In this document: one piece after another, positions 1 to 10,254 of the stretch
Numbering within the stretch: position 1 is the first letter of the stretch
Layout: every line of letters starts with the position of its first letter
NCBI GenBank assembly: GCA_965228955.1
Contig: OZ245848.1
Location: forward strand, 835,879-899,878
Reading direction: 5' to 3'
Length of the DNA: 64,000 nt
DNA from: Cyclobacteriaceae bacterium
Lineage (GTDB): Bacteria; Bacteroidota; Bacteroidia; Cytophagales; Cyclobacteriaceae
Notes under the pieces: model-generated
What the model was told of the DNA's origin: nothing
Database searches by the model: none
What the model saw: only the letters and a program-made list of their open reading frames with translations
Position numbers and translations under genes: made by a program

Positions 1-2
1 CA

Positions 3-1010
3 GTGCCAAACAATGCAAACATCTTCGAAAATATTGTATTAGATGAGAGTCAACTGGATTTTGATGGGAATGCCATTACCAATGGAGTGTCATACAGAAT
101 ATGGATTTTAACAGTCGGCAAATTTGAAAATGAAGATGTATTTGTTCTATCTGAACCATCTGCAGCATTTACACTTGAAAGAAAAGCTTTGGTTACTACG
201 TTGGTGTCATCTATTGATTCGAATGACGCTTTGACAATTGATAGTGAAGGTAATATCTACGCGTCAGAATTTGGAACATGGACGGCTAATGGTGGTCTAG
301 GTACAAAAATCCTAAAAATCACTCCAGAAGGAACTGTTACAGATTATGCAACGGATATGTCAGGACCGCTAGGAATTACAATTGATGATGAAAACAACCT
401 TTATGTAATTGATGGAAATAATGGTTCAACTGGTAACATCGTGAAAATTGCTCCCAATGGAACAAAAACCACAATTGCTACACTCAATGGATGGCCAGCA
501 GGAATTGTAAAGGACGCGGATGGTAGTCTTTATGTGTCGAATTATAACCTTGCAGTATTGCACAAGATTGATTCTGATGGGAATGTAAGTGTGATATCAA
601 ATGACACCAATCTTATAGGATGTGTAGGGATAGATCTAGATGAAAACAACAATATAATCCTTGGAAATTATAATGATGGAAGTATTTATAGTGTGAGCCA
701 AAGCGGTGTTGTTTCAACCATCACCAGAATCGCTGGACTACCTGATTTCTTCGCATTAGGGTATATCACGTATGCTGAAGGCTTTGTGTACGCTACAGGA
801 ATTGGAACCAATAGAATCTACAAAGTAGATCTAGAAGGAAACACTGAAGTATTCGCTGGGAATGGAAGTGGAGCAACTGTAGACGGATCAGTAGATAACG
901 CGTCTTTTAACGGTCCAAACGGAATCGTTGTGGATGAAGAAAATGATGTAATGTACATTCAGGATTGGGGTGCTCAGGCATTGAGGAAAATAGAGATGCT
1001 TGAAGAATAA
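3..1010 (+). CDS. NHL/SMP-30-like beta-propeller repeat protein, C-terminal part (5' end outside window)
   Basis: The ORF is open to the window edge. It has repeated blade-like segments (GNIYASEFG, NLYVIDGNNG, GSLYVSNYN, NIILGNYNDG, FVYATGIG, MYIQDWG) typical of six-bladed NHL/SGL propellers. Confidence 0.6.
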   Translation: MPNNANIFENIVLDESQLDFDGNAITNGVSYRIWILTVGKFENEDVFVLSEPSAAFTLERKALVTTLVSSIDSNDALTIDSEGNIYASEFGTWTANGGLGTKILKITPEGTVTDYATDMSGPLGITIDDENNLYVIDGNNGSTGNIVKIAPNGTKTTIATLNGWPAGIVKDADGSLYVSNYNLAVLHKIDSDGNVSVISNDTNLIGCVGIDLDENNNIILGNYNDGSIYSVSQSGVVSTITRIAGLPDFFALGYITYAEGFVYATGIGTNRIYKVDLEGNTEVFAGNGSGATVDGSVDNASFNGPNGIVVDEENDVMYIQDWGAQALRKIEMLEE

Positions 1011-1134
1011 ACTTGGTTAGCAATTTCTGGGGGAGTACAATTACTTGCCTGTAAGGAACTTCCTCAGAATATTTTCTTATATTTACTATCCCTTCTTCAT
1101 GATATGTATTCAATAACCAAATGAATATGTCATC

Positions 1135-1524
1135 ATGACTTTTACATCAAGAAAGCTTAAGTACGAATCAAGAAACATCGTTCAGGAACTACATGACTCA
1201 CTAACTGAGAACCAATTCTTCCTTGACCCCCAATTAAACATGAAGCAGGTCTGCAAATTAATCAACTGTAGTCCACGAAAACTCAGGAGTGTTCTCAAAG
1301 ATGAGATGCAGATGAAGTTTACAGATTTCGTCAATCACGCTAGAATCAACCATTTCCTTCTTATGGTGGAAAATGATACCCTCAGGAGAATGTCGATCTG
1401 GGGAATCGCCCAGGAATCAGGTTTTGGGACCAAGAATACTTTTTATGAGGCCTTCAAGAAGATCAAAGGAACCACTCCGGCTAATTACTTAAGGGAGCTG
1501 GAAGAGTTTAGAAAAGTAGGGTAG
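1135..1524 (+). CDS. AraC-family HTH domain protein (129 aa, DNA-binding domain only)
   Basis: A double HTH signature is present ('MKQVCKLINCSPRKLRSVLK' ... 'ESGFGTKNTFYEAFKKIKGTTPANY'). There is no N-terminal ligand domain. Confidence 0.75.
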   Translation: MTFTSRKLKYESRNIVQELHDSLTENQFFLDPQLNMKQVCKLINCSPRKLRSVLKDEMQMKFTDFVNHARINHFLLMVENDTLRRMSIWGIAQESGFGTKNTFYEAFKKIKGTTPANYLRELEEFRKVG

Positions 1525-1530
1525 TAGGAG

Positions 1531-1590
1531 TTTGAAGAGGGAAGACCAGAGAGCGAAGTTGGAAGTTTGAAGACGGGAGCCTAAGTTTTT
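1531..1590 (+). repeat. Degenerate solitary GA-word arm related to the family A repeats
   Basis: 'gaagagggaagaccagagagcgaagttggaagtttgaagacgggagcc' uses the same GGAAG/GAAGAC/CGAAGTT words as the paa-operon arms. Confidence 0.4.
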
Positions 1591-1635
1591 AGAAACAGAG
1601 ACTAGGAATTTTAACAGCTCTATTGGAACGTTCTG

Positions 1636-1790
1636 ATTCCCTCTCCTTGAGGAGGGAAGGGAGTGCCCGAAGGGCGGGGGAGGTGATTGCCTGAGTTGGA
1701 ACATGGAAGCTCGAAGTTGGATAGAGATATTGATTAACAGACTGATAAAGAAGATCCATAAGGTCCCCCTTGGAGAAGGGGGTTAGGGGG
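1636..1790. repeat. Cluster of short GC-rich REP-like hairpins
   Basis: Three hairpins: 'ctctcc ttga ggaggg' (1641-1656), 'gccc gaa gggc' (1665-1675) and 'ccccctt ggag aaggggg' (1765-1782). They are GC islands in an otherwise AT-rich spacer. Confidence 0.5.
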
Positions 1791-1881
1791 ATTGATAAAC
1801 TAGTTGAAATCGTCCTGCATGATTTCCTTATTTCGGATTTAAAAATTCATTATCTTGAAGCAAACCGAAATCTAAACCACA

Positions 1882-3720
1882 ATGAGACTCACTTTTAACC
1901 TAGTAATTCTATCTCTATTTACACTTCTTATAAGTTGCGGAGAACCATCTGAAAAAGCCACAAGATATTATTTGGATGAAGAGAATTCTTTTATCAATAC
2001 CACAGACAGTATTCCACAAGTAATCATATCTAGTATTGTACCTATAGAATTAGATATAAATTTTGCGACACTTGACGAAGGTGGGAGTCATGCAACTTTG
2101 AATGGAGTTGCCAAGTTGGGAGCCGACATGGATGGTGATGGAATCAAGGAAATCATATTTGAGCAACTTACTGAGGATTACGATACGATATACGGAAAAA
2201 GATCGATCCTTCAACTCAGAAATGGTAGACTTAAGGAATTACTGAATGTAAGAGTCAATGTTAATAAGACAGCCTGTAATGATATTCTTGGGCGTGATCA
2301 GAAAATTTCATTTGATACAACCTCATTTGAAAGACCTACTGTTGTAGTAAGTGGTAGATATGGATATTCCGGAGGTATTAATTGTCAGGATTATGTCTTA
2401 AGTACCATGGAGTATTTCTACGATTTACCTCAAAATCAGGCTTATCCAAGACAGCAATATAACCTTTGCTCTGTGGATGGAAATAAACTTAATTTATCTA
2501 AATTTTATGCTTTTTCTCCATACAAAGTTCAGAATGCTATGGGTGCTAATTCACCTTATCATGGCATTTATAGCAGATTAAGTACTATTCAGGATTGCGA
2601 TAACATTGGAAACGGTTTGGAGTACCTGGAGAAAATATCTGGACTGAAATACCTGAATAGAAGCTCCAGAAATAAACGAGATGATTTACTTGATTACATC
2701 GGTGAAGAGTATCAAAACATTAATCCGGCTTTTGTAAAGTGGGCAAGCAATAACCTAATTCCTGATCCAGATGATAAGCAGGTTAATGGGTTTAGCTACA
2801 AGTGGCTATATGATTATGTATATAAGAATCAAACCAGACTGTTAGCTGTTGCACGTCTTCAGTTGCTTCTTGAGGGTAAAGAAACTGCGATAAAGACATA
2901 TGCACAAAGAGCCCATACGCTGTATTACGATGAAAATGAAGGTGTCAGGAGAAGAAGGGATAACTATAATGAATTTAACTATTACCTGGATCAGAAGCAT
3001 AACGCAGTTAATACCCTAAATGAAGACTTTAGCTTGGTTGAAGGTGGTTATGCAGAGCGAAACGACTATGGGTTCTGGGCACGTAGAATGCTTGATGGAT
3101 CTGATAAGGCCATTTGGGATGCGTTGGTTAAGATTTTTAATAACTACGATAAGGAATGGTATGAAGAAAATTTCGTTAATAAGAAGTGGAAAGGCATGAC
3201 GGATATTGCTCAAAATGAGTACGACAGCCTAAAACTGATTGCTGATCAAAAAGAAACAATTCTGGGACCAGATATGGTGCCAAGTGAGATGGCAGTACAA
3301 AATAATCTAGGTGTAGTTATTAATCTGGAAAATGGTGAAACAAAGGAGTACAAAAATGTTAATAGCGATGGGGAAAGCTATGCTCATTATACCATTGAAG
3401 GTTTATGGCCAAAGAAAAACAGTGTGATCGTTAATTATGGCGGTTGGGAATGGGGAGAAACATATGTTGTTGATCTGGCCGATGGAGAGGTTAAAGCGTT
3501 TACAGGTAATATTGAAACCAATGAAGAGGCTACTCTTCTTGCAGAGCAGGTTGAAGAGATGGACTTCACTGCAATGAATCTGTACTCCTGGTCTAATGGA
3601 CAATGGGTTAAATCTCAATCCTTCGAAGGAGTATATTTTTCTGGAGGTTTCTGGCATGAAGGTGAGTTTTATTTCAAGTCGGGAAAAAGCTTTCTGAAAT
3701 ATGGTAATGTCGAGTTGTAA
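1882..3720 (+). CDS. Orphan lipoprotein, 612 aa, no recognisable domain
   Basis: Signal peptide with lipobox 'LFTLLISCGE'. It is a long uninterrupted ORF with only short spurious antisense ORFs. Confidence 0.7.
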   Translation: MRLTFNLVILSLFTLLISCGEPSEKATRYYLDEENSFINTTDSIPQVIISSIVPIELDINFATLDEGGSHATLNGVAKLGADMDGDGIKEIIFEQLTEDYDTIYGKRSILQLRNGRLKELLNVRVNVNKTACNDILGRDQKISFDTTSFERPTVVVSGRYGYSGGINCQDYVLSTMEYFYDLPQNQAYPRQQYNLCSVDGNKLNLSKFYAFSPYKVQNAMGANSPYHGIYSRLSTIQDCDNIGNGLEYLEKISGLKYLNRSSRNKRDDLLDYIGEEYQNINPAFVKWASNNLIPDPDDKQVNGFSYKWLYDYVYKNQTRLLAVARLQLLLEGKETAIKTYAQRAHTLYYDENEGVRRRRDNYNEFNYYLDQKHNAVNTLNEDFSLVEGGYAERNDYGFWARRMLDGSDKAIWDALVKIFNNYDKEWYEENFVNKKWKGMTDIAQNEYDSLKLIADQKETILGPDMVPSEMAVQNNLGVVINLENGETKEYKNVNSDGESYAHYTIEGLWPKKNSVIVNYGGWEWGETYVVDLADGEVKAFTGNIETNEEATLLAEQVEEMDFTAMNLYSWSNGQWVKSQSFEGVYFSGGFWHEGEFYFKSGKSFLKYGNVEL

Positions 3721-3850
3721 GGCTTAATCTGATCAGTAACCCTTTACTTGTGGTTTTATAACGGTAGAATCCTGCCACTCAACGATTTAGCTGTGAATAT
3801 TGTGTGATTTTTCGTATCTTCTGCATAGCTCGTAAAAACCACATACAATA

Positions 3851-6800
3851 ATGACTAATTACGCAAAAATTCTGTCCATTATGGTGGGTGTACTATTCAC
3901 ATGTGCCCATCTAAACTCATATTCTCAAACCAATAGCTACAAGTTTGACATTATTAATATAGACAATGGTTTATCTGATGGAACTGTATTTTGTTCCGTT
4001 GTTGACCAACATGGGTATCTGTGGATTGGAACATCCAAGGGTTTAAATAGATATGATGGCTACCAATCAACAATATTCCGGCATGAATCGGAAAACCCAA
4101 ATTCAATTATCGGTGATTATATTAATTGCCTGGCAGTTGACAAGTCTGGTAAAATATGGATTGGAACAAATGACGGCATCAGCGTTTTTGATTGGGAGAC
4201 AAATGACTTTATAAACTACTCTAATCAAATTGAAGGAGGTATTGTCAATGAAATACTCCCGGATAATAACGGAAAAGTTTGGATAGCATCCTCAAATGGC
4301 GGGCTATATCTTTTTGATGGAAAAGATTTCAAGTCATACAACACTGGCAATAGTAATCTCTCTTCCAATAAACTAATGTCTTTATACCTTGACGCATCAG
4401 ACAGGTTATGGTTGGGAACAGGCTCTACAGGAGTTGATATGTTTAATATTAATACAGCATCATTCACTCATTATCCATTTCGTAATGGCATTTCTGGAAT
4501 AGAAGTACGAGATATAACAGAAGATAGATCTGGTCAAGTTTGGGTTGGTGGAATGGGAACTGGGATCATGGTTTTAGATCCCATCAAAGGTGAATTCACC
4601 AATATAAAATTTGACACCAAAAAATATGGTGTCAACTCCAACGCAATTACCTCTTTGTTTAAAGATGATAAAGATAAAATCTGGATTGGCTCTGATGGGG
4701 GCGGTATAAAAGTATATGATCAAAACACTAAGGACATTGAATTTATTCAGAATGATGCCTTTGAGAGGAAAAGTCTTACAAGTAATGCTGTACTAAGTAT
4801 TACCGGAGATGGGATGGGTAATATTTGGATTGGGACTTATAAACATGGGCTTAACCGTTTCAGCCATTTATCCTCAAAATTCATTACCTACCGAAATAAG
4901 GTGAATGATGTGAATAGCCTAAGTAATAATAGTGTACTTGCAATGTGCGAGAAATCAGATGGAAACATTTGGATTGGTACTGATGGAGGAGGCTTGAACT
5001 TGTTTGATCCCAAAAACAATCAATTCAGTATTTATAAACATGGAGATTCCAAAAACTCACTAAGCTCAAATGTCATCAAAACTATTTATGAGGATAAGGA
5101 TGGTGTTTTATGGATGGGAACATATCTGGGAGGGTTAATCAGATTTGACCCAAAAACAGAGACTTTTCAGACTTTTATAAATGACCCTGAGAACCCACAG
5201 AGTATTGGTTCTGATATGGTCTGGGCTATTGAAGAAGATGAACAAGGTTTTTTATGGATTGGGCTACTAAGAAATGGCATTGATAGATTCGATCCAGGGA
5301 CTGGTGTTTTTAAGCACTATACTCACATAGAATCCGATAAAAACTCAATTGGCGCTGGTGACATTCGGACTATTCTCAGCGACAGTAAAGGAAATTTATG
5401 GGTAGGAACCGATGGAGGAGGCTTAGCTAGGTTTAATCCGGAGGAAGACAACTTTACCAGATACAGAAATGATCCTGGAAATACCAGTTCAATTCCTGGA
5501 GATGAAGTAAGAGTTATTTTTGAGGATAGTCAAAATAAGTTGTGGATTGGGACTGATAAAGGGTTCGGTCAATTCGATGTAAATGCCGAAAAATTCTATT
5601 TGTCAGAAGCCAATTCATCTTTGAGTAGTCTCGTAATTAGCGGAATTCTGGAAGATGAATCAGGTGAATTGTGGATTAGTGGGGATAAAGGAATCGCAAA
5701 AGTTGATCCAGGAACAAATTCAGTAAAGACTTATGATAAAAACGATGGTCTGCAAGGGAATGAGTTCAATTATGACGCAGCACTAAAGACAAGAAACGGT
5801 AACATGTACTTTGGTGGAATCAACGGTTTTAGCAAACTAATGCCCGATTTACTCGTCGAAAACCCAATCGACCCAAAAATACAGATAACCGATATTGCAG
5901 TATTTAATCAATCTATTGCTGTAGGTGATACATTGAATAATCGTGTGATCCTGGGTGAAAACCTGCCTTTCATTAATGAACTAACTCTCACTCACCGAGA
6001 GAATATCTTTTCTATAGAATTCGCAAGCCTGGATTTTACTGCACCAGGTAGGAATCAGTATAAATACATGTTAGAAGGTTTTGACATGGATTGGAATTAT
6101 GTGTCATCGGATGAACGGAAAGTAAGTTACATGAATCTATCTCCCGGAAATTATATGTTTAAAGCCACTGGGACTAATAGTGATGGAAAATGGTCTTCAG
6201 AAACCAGATCTGTAGAAATTAAAGTACTTACGCCCTGGTGGTCAACCTTTTGGTTTAGGGGGCTGGTGTTTTTGATGGTTGCTCTCAGTTTGTTTCTTAC
6301 TTATAAATGGCGGTTGATGATTTTAAGGAATAAAAATAGAATTGAACAGAAGCTGAAGCAGGAAAGAGCCATTGAATTAAAGAAGATGGTGAAAATACTT
6401 AAAAGGAACAGTCAGCAACTTTCTACTTCCGGAGATCAGCTGAAATCGAAATCAGGTCTTCTAGCATCAGATGCCGAAAAACAAAATCAAACTGCGAGGT
6501 ATATTGAGGCGGATGTGGAAAGCATGGCTGGTTACATTAAGAAAAATACTGAGAATGCACTTGTTACCAATAATATCAGCAAATCAGCACTTGAAGAGCT
6601 TGAAGGGATTCATTCTGCAACAAGGAGTAATATTGAAGAGATTAATTCAATTTCTGAAAAAGTATCAATTCTTGAAGAGATTTTTAATCAAACTAATATC
6701 CTAAGCATAAACGCTTCAATAGAGGCAGCAAAAGCCGGAGACTATGGAGGAGGATTTGCTGTAATTGCGGGTGAAGTAAGAAAATTGGCACAAAAGAGTG

Positions 6801-7108
6801 CTCTTGCTTCAGAGGAAATAATGAACTCTGCTAAAAAGGGAGTAGCTGAAACTGGAAAGGTAGGAAAGATGATCAATGATTTTATTCCTGAAGTCAGAAG
6901 ATCGGCTCAATTGATACAAGAGATTTCTCAAAGCAGTGAACATCAAAATGATGCAATAGAAAATATCAATTCATCTCTTAAAGAGTTCTTTAAAATTTCC
7001 AGAAAAAACTCAGCCATCTCCTCTGAGATTCACTCAATATCAAGTGAATTAGATGCACTGGCCAAAGAATTGAATGAACAGATGATGGAATTGGAAGTGG
7101 AAGTCTGA
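3851..7108 (+). CDS. Double beta-propeller + Y_Y_Y extracytoplasmic sensor fused through one TM helix to a methyl-accepting chemotaxis protein (MCP) signalling domain
   Basis: N-terminal signal/anchor; more than 12 repeats of the 'LWIGT..GL.RFD' two-component-regulator propeller motif. A Y_Y_Y-like segment follows ('[16 protein letters not shown]...[17 protein letters not shown]'), then TM '[21 protein letters not shown]'. The C-terminal coiled coil carries the MCP hairpin tip '[38 protein letters not shown]'. Confidence 0.85.
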   Translation: MTNYAKILSIMVGVLFTCAHLNSYSQTNSYKFDIINIDNGLSDGTVFCSVVDQHGYLWIGTSKGLNRYDGYQSTIFRHESENPNSIIGDYINCLAVDKSGKIWIGTNDGISVFDWETNDFINYSNQIEGGIVNEILPDNNGKVWIASSNGGLYLFDGKDFKSYNTGNSNLSSNKLMSLYLDASDRLWLGTGSTGVDMFNINTASFTHYPFRNGISGIEVRDITEDRSGQVWVGGMGTGIMVLDPIKGEFTNIKFDTKKYGVNSNAITSLFKDDKDKIWIGSDGGGIKVYDQNTKDIEFIQNDAFERKSLTSNAVLSITGDGMGNIWIGTYKHGLNRFSHLSSKFITYRNKVNDVNSLSNNSVLAMCEKSDGNIWIGTDGGGLNLFDPKNNQFSIYKHGDSKNSLSSNVIKTIYEDKDGVLWMGTYLGGLIRFDPKTETFQTFINDPENPQSIGSDMVWAIEEDEQGFLWIGLLRNGIDRFDPGTGVFKHYTHIESDKNSIGAGDIRTILSDSKGNLWVGTDGGGLARFNPEEDNFTRYRNDPGNTSSIPGDEVRVIFEDSQNKLWIGTDKGFGQFDVNAEKFYLSEANSSLSSLVISGILEDESGELWISGDKGIAKVDPGTNSVKTYDKNDGLQGNEFNYDAALKTRNGNMYFGGINGFSKLMPDLLVENPIDPKIQITDIAVFNQSIAVGDTLNNRVILGENLPFINELTLTHRENIFSIEFASLDFTAPGRNQYKYMLEGFDMDWNYVSSDERKVSYMNLSPGNYMFKATGTNSDGKWSSETRSVEIKVLTPWWSTFWFRGLVFLMVALSLFLTYKWRLMILRNKNRIEQKLKQERAIELKKMVKILKRNSQQLSTSGDQLKSKSGLLASDAEKQNQTARYIEADVESMAGYIKKNTENALVTNNISKSALEELEGIHSATRSNIEEINSISEKVSILEEIFNQTNILSINASIEAAKAGDYGGGFAVIAGEVRKLAQKSALASEEIMNSAKKGVAETGKVGKMINDFIPEVRRSAQLIQEISQSSEHQNDAIENINSSLKEFFKISRKNSAISSEIHSISSELDALAKELNEQMMELEVEV

Positions 7109-7422
7109 TTTTTTGTGATTTTTTCGTCTAAAAAAATGACTCGTTCATCGAATCTATTTAGAGAGATTAAGTTGTAGAAACGTTTGCAGAAACAATTTAT
7201 TAACATTCTATACGGAATTATATATGGTAAAATCCTTAAGATTGGAATATAATATTGTTTAGGCGCGGTAAATCGAATTAATTTCAATGTATTTTGAGGT
7301 AAATTCAATTAATTAATCATTTTATTGACAATTAACTAACAAATAACATTAATAGTTGCGTATTTCATAATTCATATTCAATTTTGCATTGTAATTCATA
7401 ATTACTCAAGCAGTTAAGGACA

Positions 7423-8013
7423 ATGAAAAACGTAATGAAATTAGTAGTTGCATTGGTAATAGTTATCGGAGCAACAGGACAAGCATTCTCAAAGAACGAT
7501 TCTACTTTCTTCGCACCAAGTTTCGAGGTAAGAAACGCATCAGAAGGAAAATTCGAATTGTGGTACAGAACAGGTGAGACTGAAAAAGTTAAAATCAAAC
7601 TTTTAAACGATAAAGGTCAGACTTTGTACCAGGAGTGGGTTAGATCTAAAGCTGGATTTGTTAAGCCGTTTGATCTTTCTAAGCTTAACTCCGGAACTTA
7701 TACAATGCAGGTTCTTAACGGTGAGAGCGTACTAAGTGAAACTATCACTTTACAATCAGCTACTGAGCAGTTCGCAGGACTTATCGAATTATCTGAAGTA
7801 GCAAACTCAAAGAAATTCATTCTTGACATTGACGATACAGTTGCTACTGATCTTGAAATGTACATCGTAAACAAGGATGGAGAAGTTCTTTACAACGAGA
7901 CTACAGTTTCAGGAACTAAGGTTTACAACCTAAGCAACATTGAAATGAAAGAAGTATCAGTATTGATCTATAGCAAAGGACAAATTGTTAAGTCATCTGA
8001 TATCAAATTATAA
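7423..8013 (+). CDS. Small secreted protein composed of two T9SS C-terminal-domain-like beta-sandwich repeats
   Basis: Signal peptide 'MKLVVALVIVIGATGQAFS'. Two internal segments ('VKIKLLNDKGQTLYQE...LSKLNSGTYTMQVLNGESVLSETITL' and 'LEMYIVNKDGEVLYNE...VSVLIYSKGQIVKSSDIKL') resemble Por-secretion-tail domains. It has its own near-consensus -7 box and a strong terminator. Confidence 0.6.
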   Translation: MKNVMKLVVALVIVIGATGQAFSKNDSTFFAPSFEVRNASEGKFELWYRTGETEKVKIKLLNDKGQTLYQEWVRSKAGFVKPFDLSKLNSGTYTMQVLNGESVLSETITLQSATEQFAGLIELSEVANSKKFILDIDDTVATDLEMYIVNKDGEVLYNETTVSGTKVYNLSNIEMKEVSVLIYSKGQIVKSSDIKL

Positions 8014-8042
8014 GACATCATATTTTACATTATTGGTTTAGG

Positions 8043-8068
8043 AAAGAGCGCCTTATGGGCGCTTTTTT
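8043..8068. terminator. Bidirectional intrinsic terminator between convergent genes
   Basis: 'aaagagcgcc ttatg ggcgctttttt', a GC-rich stem flanked by an A-run and a T-run. Confidence 0.8.
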
Positions 8069-8070
8069 AT

Positions 8071-10155
8071 TTACCATCCCAACAACTCACCAATTTTCTC
8101 ACTTACCTTCTCAGAACTAGGAAGCATAGTTGCTTCTAAAGTGCTGTTAAGTGGAATTGCTGGAAGGTTTTCAGCGCCCATCACCATAACCGGTGCATCT
8201 AGCTCAGTAAAGCAGTTTTCACTAATAAGCCCAGCAAGACTTCTTGCAAACGTGTTATTAACTGGTTCCTCAGTTAAAACAAGACACTTATTATTCTTTC
8301 TTACTGATTCAAAAATCAACTCCTCGTCTAAAGGATATAAAGATCTCAAATCAACAATCTCTACTTGTCCTGGGTAGTTTTCAGCAGCATTCAGAGCCCA
8401 ATGAACTCCCATTCCATAAGTAACCACTGTAAGTGTTTCCCCATCATCAAGCTTTTCCTGCGAAGCTTCCAAAGTGATAGCTCCTTTACCAAGTGGTAGG
8501 ATATAATCTTCAGCTGGTTCAATCACTTTTGCCGTTTTTGTTCCTGGCACTTTAGACCAGTATAGTCCTTTGTGCTCAAAAATTACAACTGGATTTGGAT
8601 CGTGATAGGCGGCTTTCATAAGACCTTTCAGATCTGCTCCATTGCTTGGATATGCAATCTTAATTCCCTTGATATTGGTTACTACAGACTCTACAGAACT
8701 TGAGTGGTAAGGTCCGCCACTTCCATAAGCCCCAATTGGAACTCTTAGAACCATGCTCACAGGCCACTTTCCATTGGTCAGGAAACACGATCTGGAAACC
8801 TCTGTGAAAAGCTGGTTCAAGCCTGGCCAGATATAATCAGCAAACTGAACTTCCACAAATGGCTTCAACCCAACTGCTGACATTCCAACTGTGCTACCAA
8901 TAATAAAGGCTTCCTGAATAGGCGTATTAAACACTCTATCGTTACCAAACTTCTTAGCAAGATTCGCGGCTTCTCTAAATACGCCACCAAGTCTCATTCC
9001 AACATCCTGTCCATAAAGCAGGCATTCTTTGTGGTCCTTCATTAGCTCTTCAATGGCATGAAGTGCACAATCCACCATCACCACTTCATCAGAAGGAGAT
9101 TTTGATTTAGTTGGTACTCTTGTGCCTGTTTCCTCAGTTATAGGAGTCGGAGCAAAATCATGAGTGTATAGATCTTCTGGAGTAGGATCGTCTGCAAGTA
9201 AAGCTTCTTTGTAGGCTTCATAAACCTGCTTCTCCACATCCTTTTCAATTTTTGCAATCTCATCTGGCTCAAACCCAGCTTCCAGCATTGCAATTTTCAT
9301 TTTTGGATATGGATCGCTCTTTCTTGCTTCTTCAAGATCGTCTCTGTAGAATTCCATTCTTACTCCAGAAGTATGGTGATTCAGTAACGGACAGGTAGCA
9401 TGAATCAGGAAAGGCTGTCTTCTTTTTCTAATGTATTTAATGGCTTCTTTTACCGTATTGTAAGACTCTGCAAAGTCGGTACCATCTATAGTAGCAGCTT
9501 CAATTCCTTTGAAACCCTGAATGTACTCATAAGCATTTTGCGCTCTTACTTCATCAACATGCGCGGAAATATCCCATTCGTTATCCTGGACTACATAAAG
9601 TACTGGTAATTGTCGAAGTGCTGCCATTTGGAATGCTTCTGCAACTTCACCCTCAGTAACGCATGCATCTCCAAGTGAACAAACTACGATTGGGTTCTTA
9701 CCTTCATAGTCTTTATTAAAGCCTAGTTTTTCAGTGTATTGTAACCCAAGACCAACTCCTGTTGCCGGAATTGCCTGCATCCCTGTTGCGCTACTTTGGT
9801 GAGGGATTTTTGGTCTATGATCATCTCTTAAACTAGGGTGGGAGTAGTAGGTTCTACCTCCAGAAAAAGGATCGTCTCTTTTTCCCAGAAGTTGAAGCAT
9901 CAACTCATATGGAGTTACGCCCATGCCTAGTAACATGCTATCATCACGGTAGTAAGGGAAGGCAAAATCCTGAGGAAGCAATTGCATTCCAACTGCCAAC
10001 TGAATCGCCTCATGCCCTCTACTGGTAGCATGTACATATTTCGATGTAATCTTAAAATTCTCCTCATACACCTCAGCCTGGCTCTTAGCAGTGCACATTA
10101 GCTGAAATGCTTCCTTCATCACTTTCTTGGTCACACGAACTTTATCAGTAATCAT
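8071..10155 (-). CDS. Fused alpha/beta E1 component of a 2-oxoacid (branched-chain-type) dehydrogenase
   Basis: 694 aa. The N-terminal half is a ThDP-binding E1-alpha ('GDACVTEGEVAEAFQMAA'). The C-terminal half is a transketolase-like E1-beta ('VFNTPIQEAFIIGSTVGMS'). This fusion is common in Bacteroidota. Confidence 0.85.
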   Translation of the reverse strand: MITDKVRVTKKVMKEAFQLMCTAKSQAEVYEENFKITSKYVHATSRGHEAIQLAVGMQLLPQDFAFPYYRDDSMLLGMGVTPYELMLQLLGKRDDPFSGGRTYYSHPSLRDDHRPKIPHQSSATGMQAIPATGVGLGLQYTEKLGFNKDYEGKNPIVVCSLGDACVTEGEVAEAFQMAALRQLPVLYVVQDNEWDISAHVDEVRAQNAYEYIQGFKGIEAATIDGTDFAESYNTVKEAIKYIRKRRQPFLIHATCPLLNHHTSGVRMEFYRDDLEEARKSDPYPKMKIAMLEAGFEPDEIAKIEKDVEKQVYEAYKEALLADDPTPEDLYTHDFAPTPITEETGTRVPTKSKSPSDEVVMVDCALHAIEELMKDHKECLLYGQDVGMRLGGVFREAANLAKKFGNDRVFNTPIQEAFIIGSTVGMSAVGLKPFVEVQFADYIWPGLNQLFTEVSRSCFLTNGKWPVSMVLRVPIGAYGSGGPYHSSSVESVVTNIKGIKIAYPSNGADLKGLMKAAYHDPNPVVIFEHKGLYWSKVPGTKTAKVIEPAEDYILPLGKGAITLEASQEKLDDGETLTVVTYGMGVHWALNAAENYPGQVEIVDLRSLYPLDEELIFESVRKNNKCLVLTEEPVNNTFARSLAGLISENCFTELDAPVMVMGAENLPAIPLNSTLEATMLPSSEKVSEKIGELLGW

Positions 10156-10157
10156 AA

Positions 10158-10222
10158 TTTTGGGTTATTTGAATTAGCTATTAGCTGTTTGGCTATTTGG
10201 CTCTTAGCTTTTTCCTTGGTTG
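10158..10222 (-). repeat. A-rich word repeat (AGCCAAA/AGCTAAn on the sense strand) abutting the E1 dehydrogenase start codon
   Basis: The plus strand reads 'ttttgggttatttgaattagctattagctgtttggctatttggctcttagcttttt'. Confidence 0.55.
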
Positions 10223-10254
10223 TTATCTTCTATTAAGTTACTAAAAATCAAACT

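Noticed and set aside
7109-7422. The long AT-rich non-coding region, checked for an RNA gene or riboswitch.
   Set aside because: I recognised no conserved riboswitch core, tRNA cloverleaf or stable extended helix. It is most simply a promoter/UP-like region for the small secreted protein. Only a weak 'aaacgttt' palindrome was seen.
8071-10155. The E1 dehydrogenase, considered as a bona fide member of the paa pathway.
   Set aside because: Co-orientation alone is insufficient. A 276-bp repeat-filled spacer separates it from paaY. This fusion protein is widespread in Bacteroidota irrespective of paa genes. It is kept only as a speculative note.
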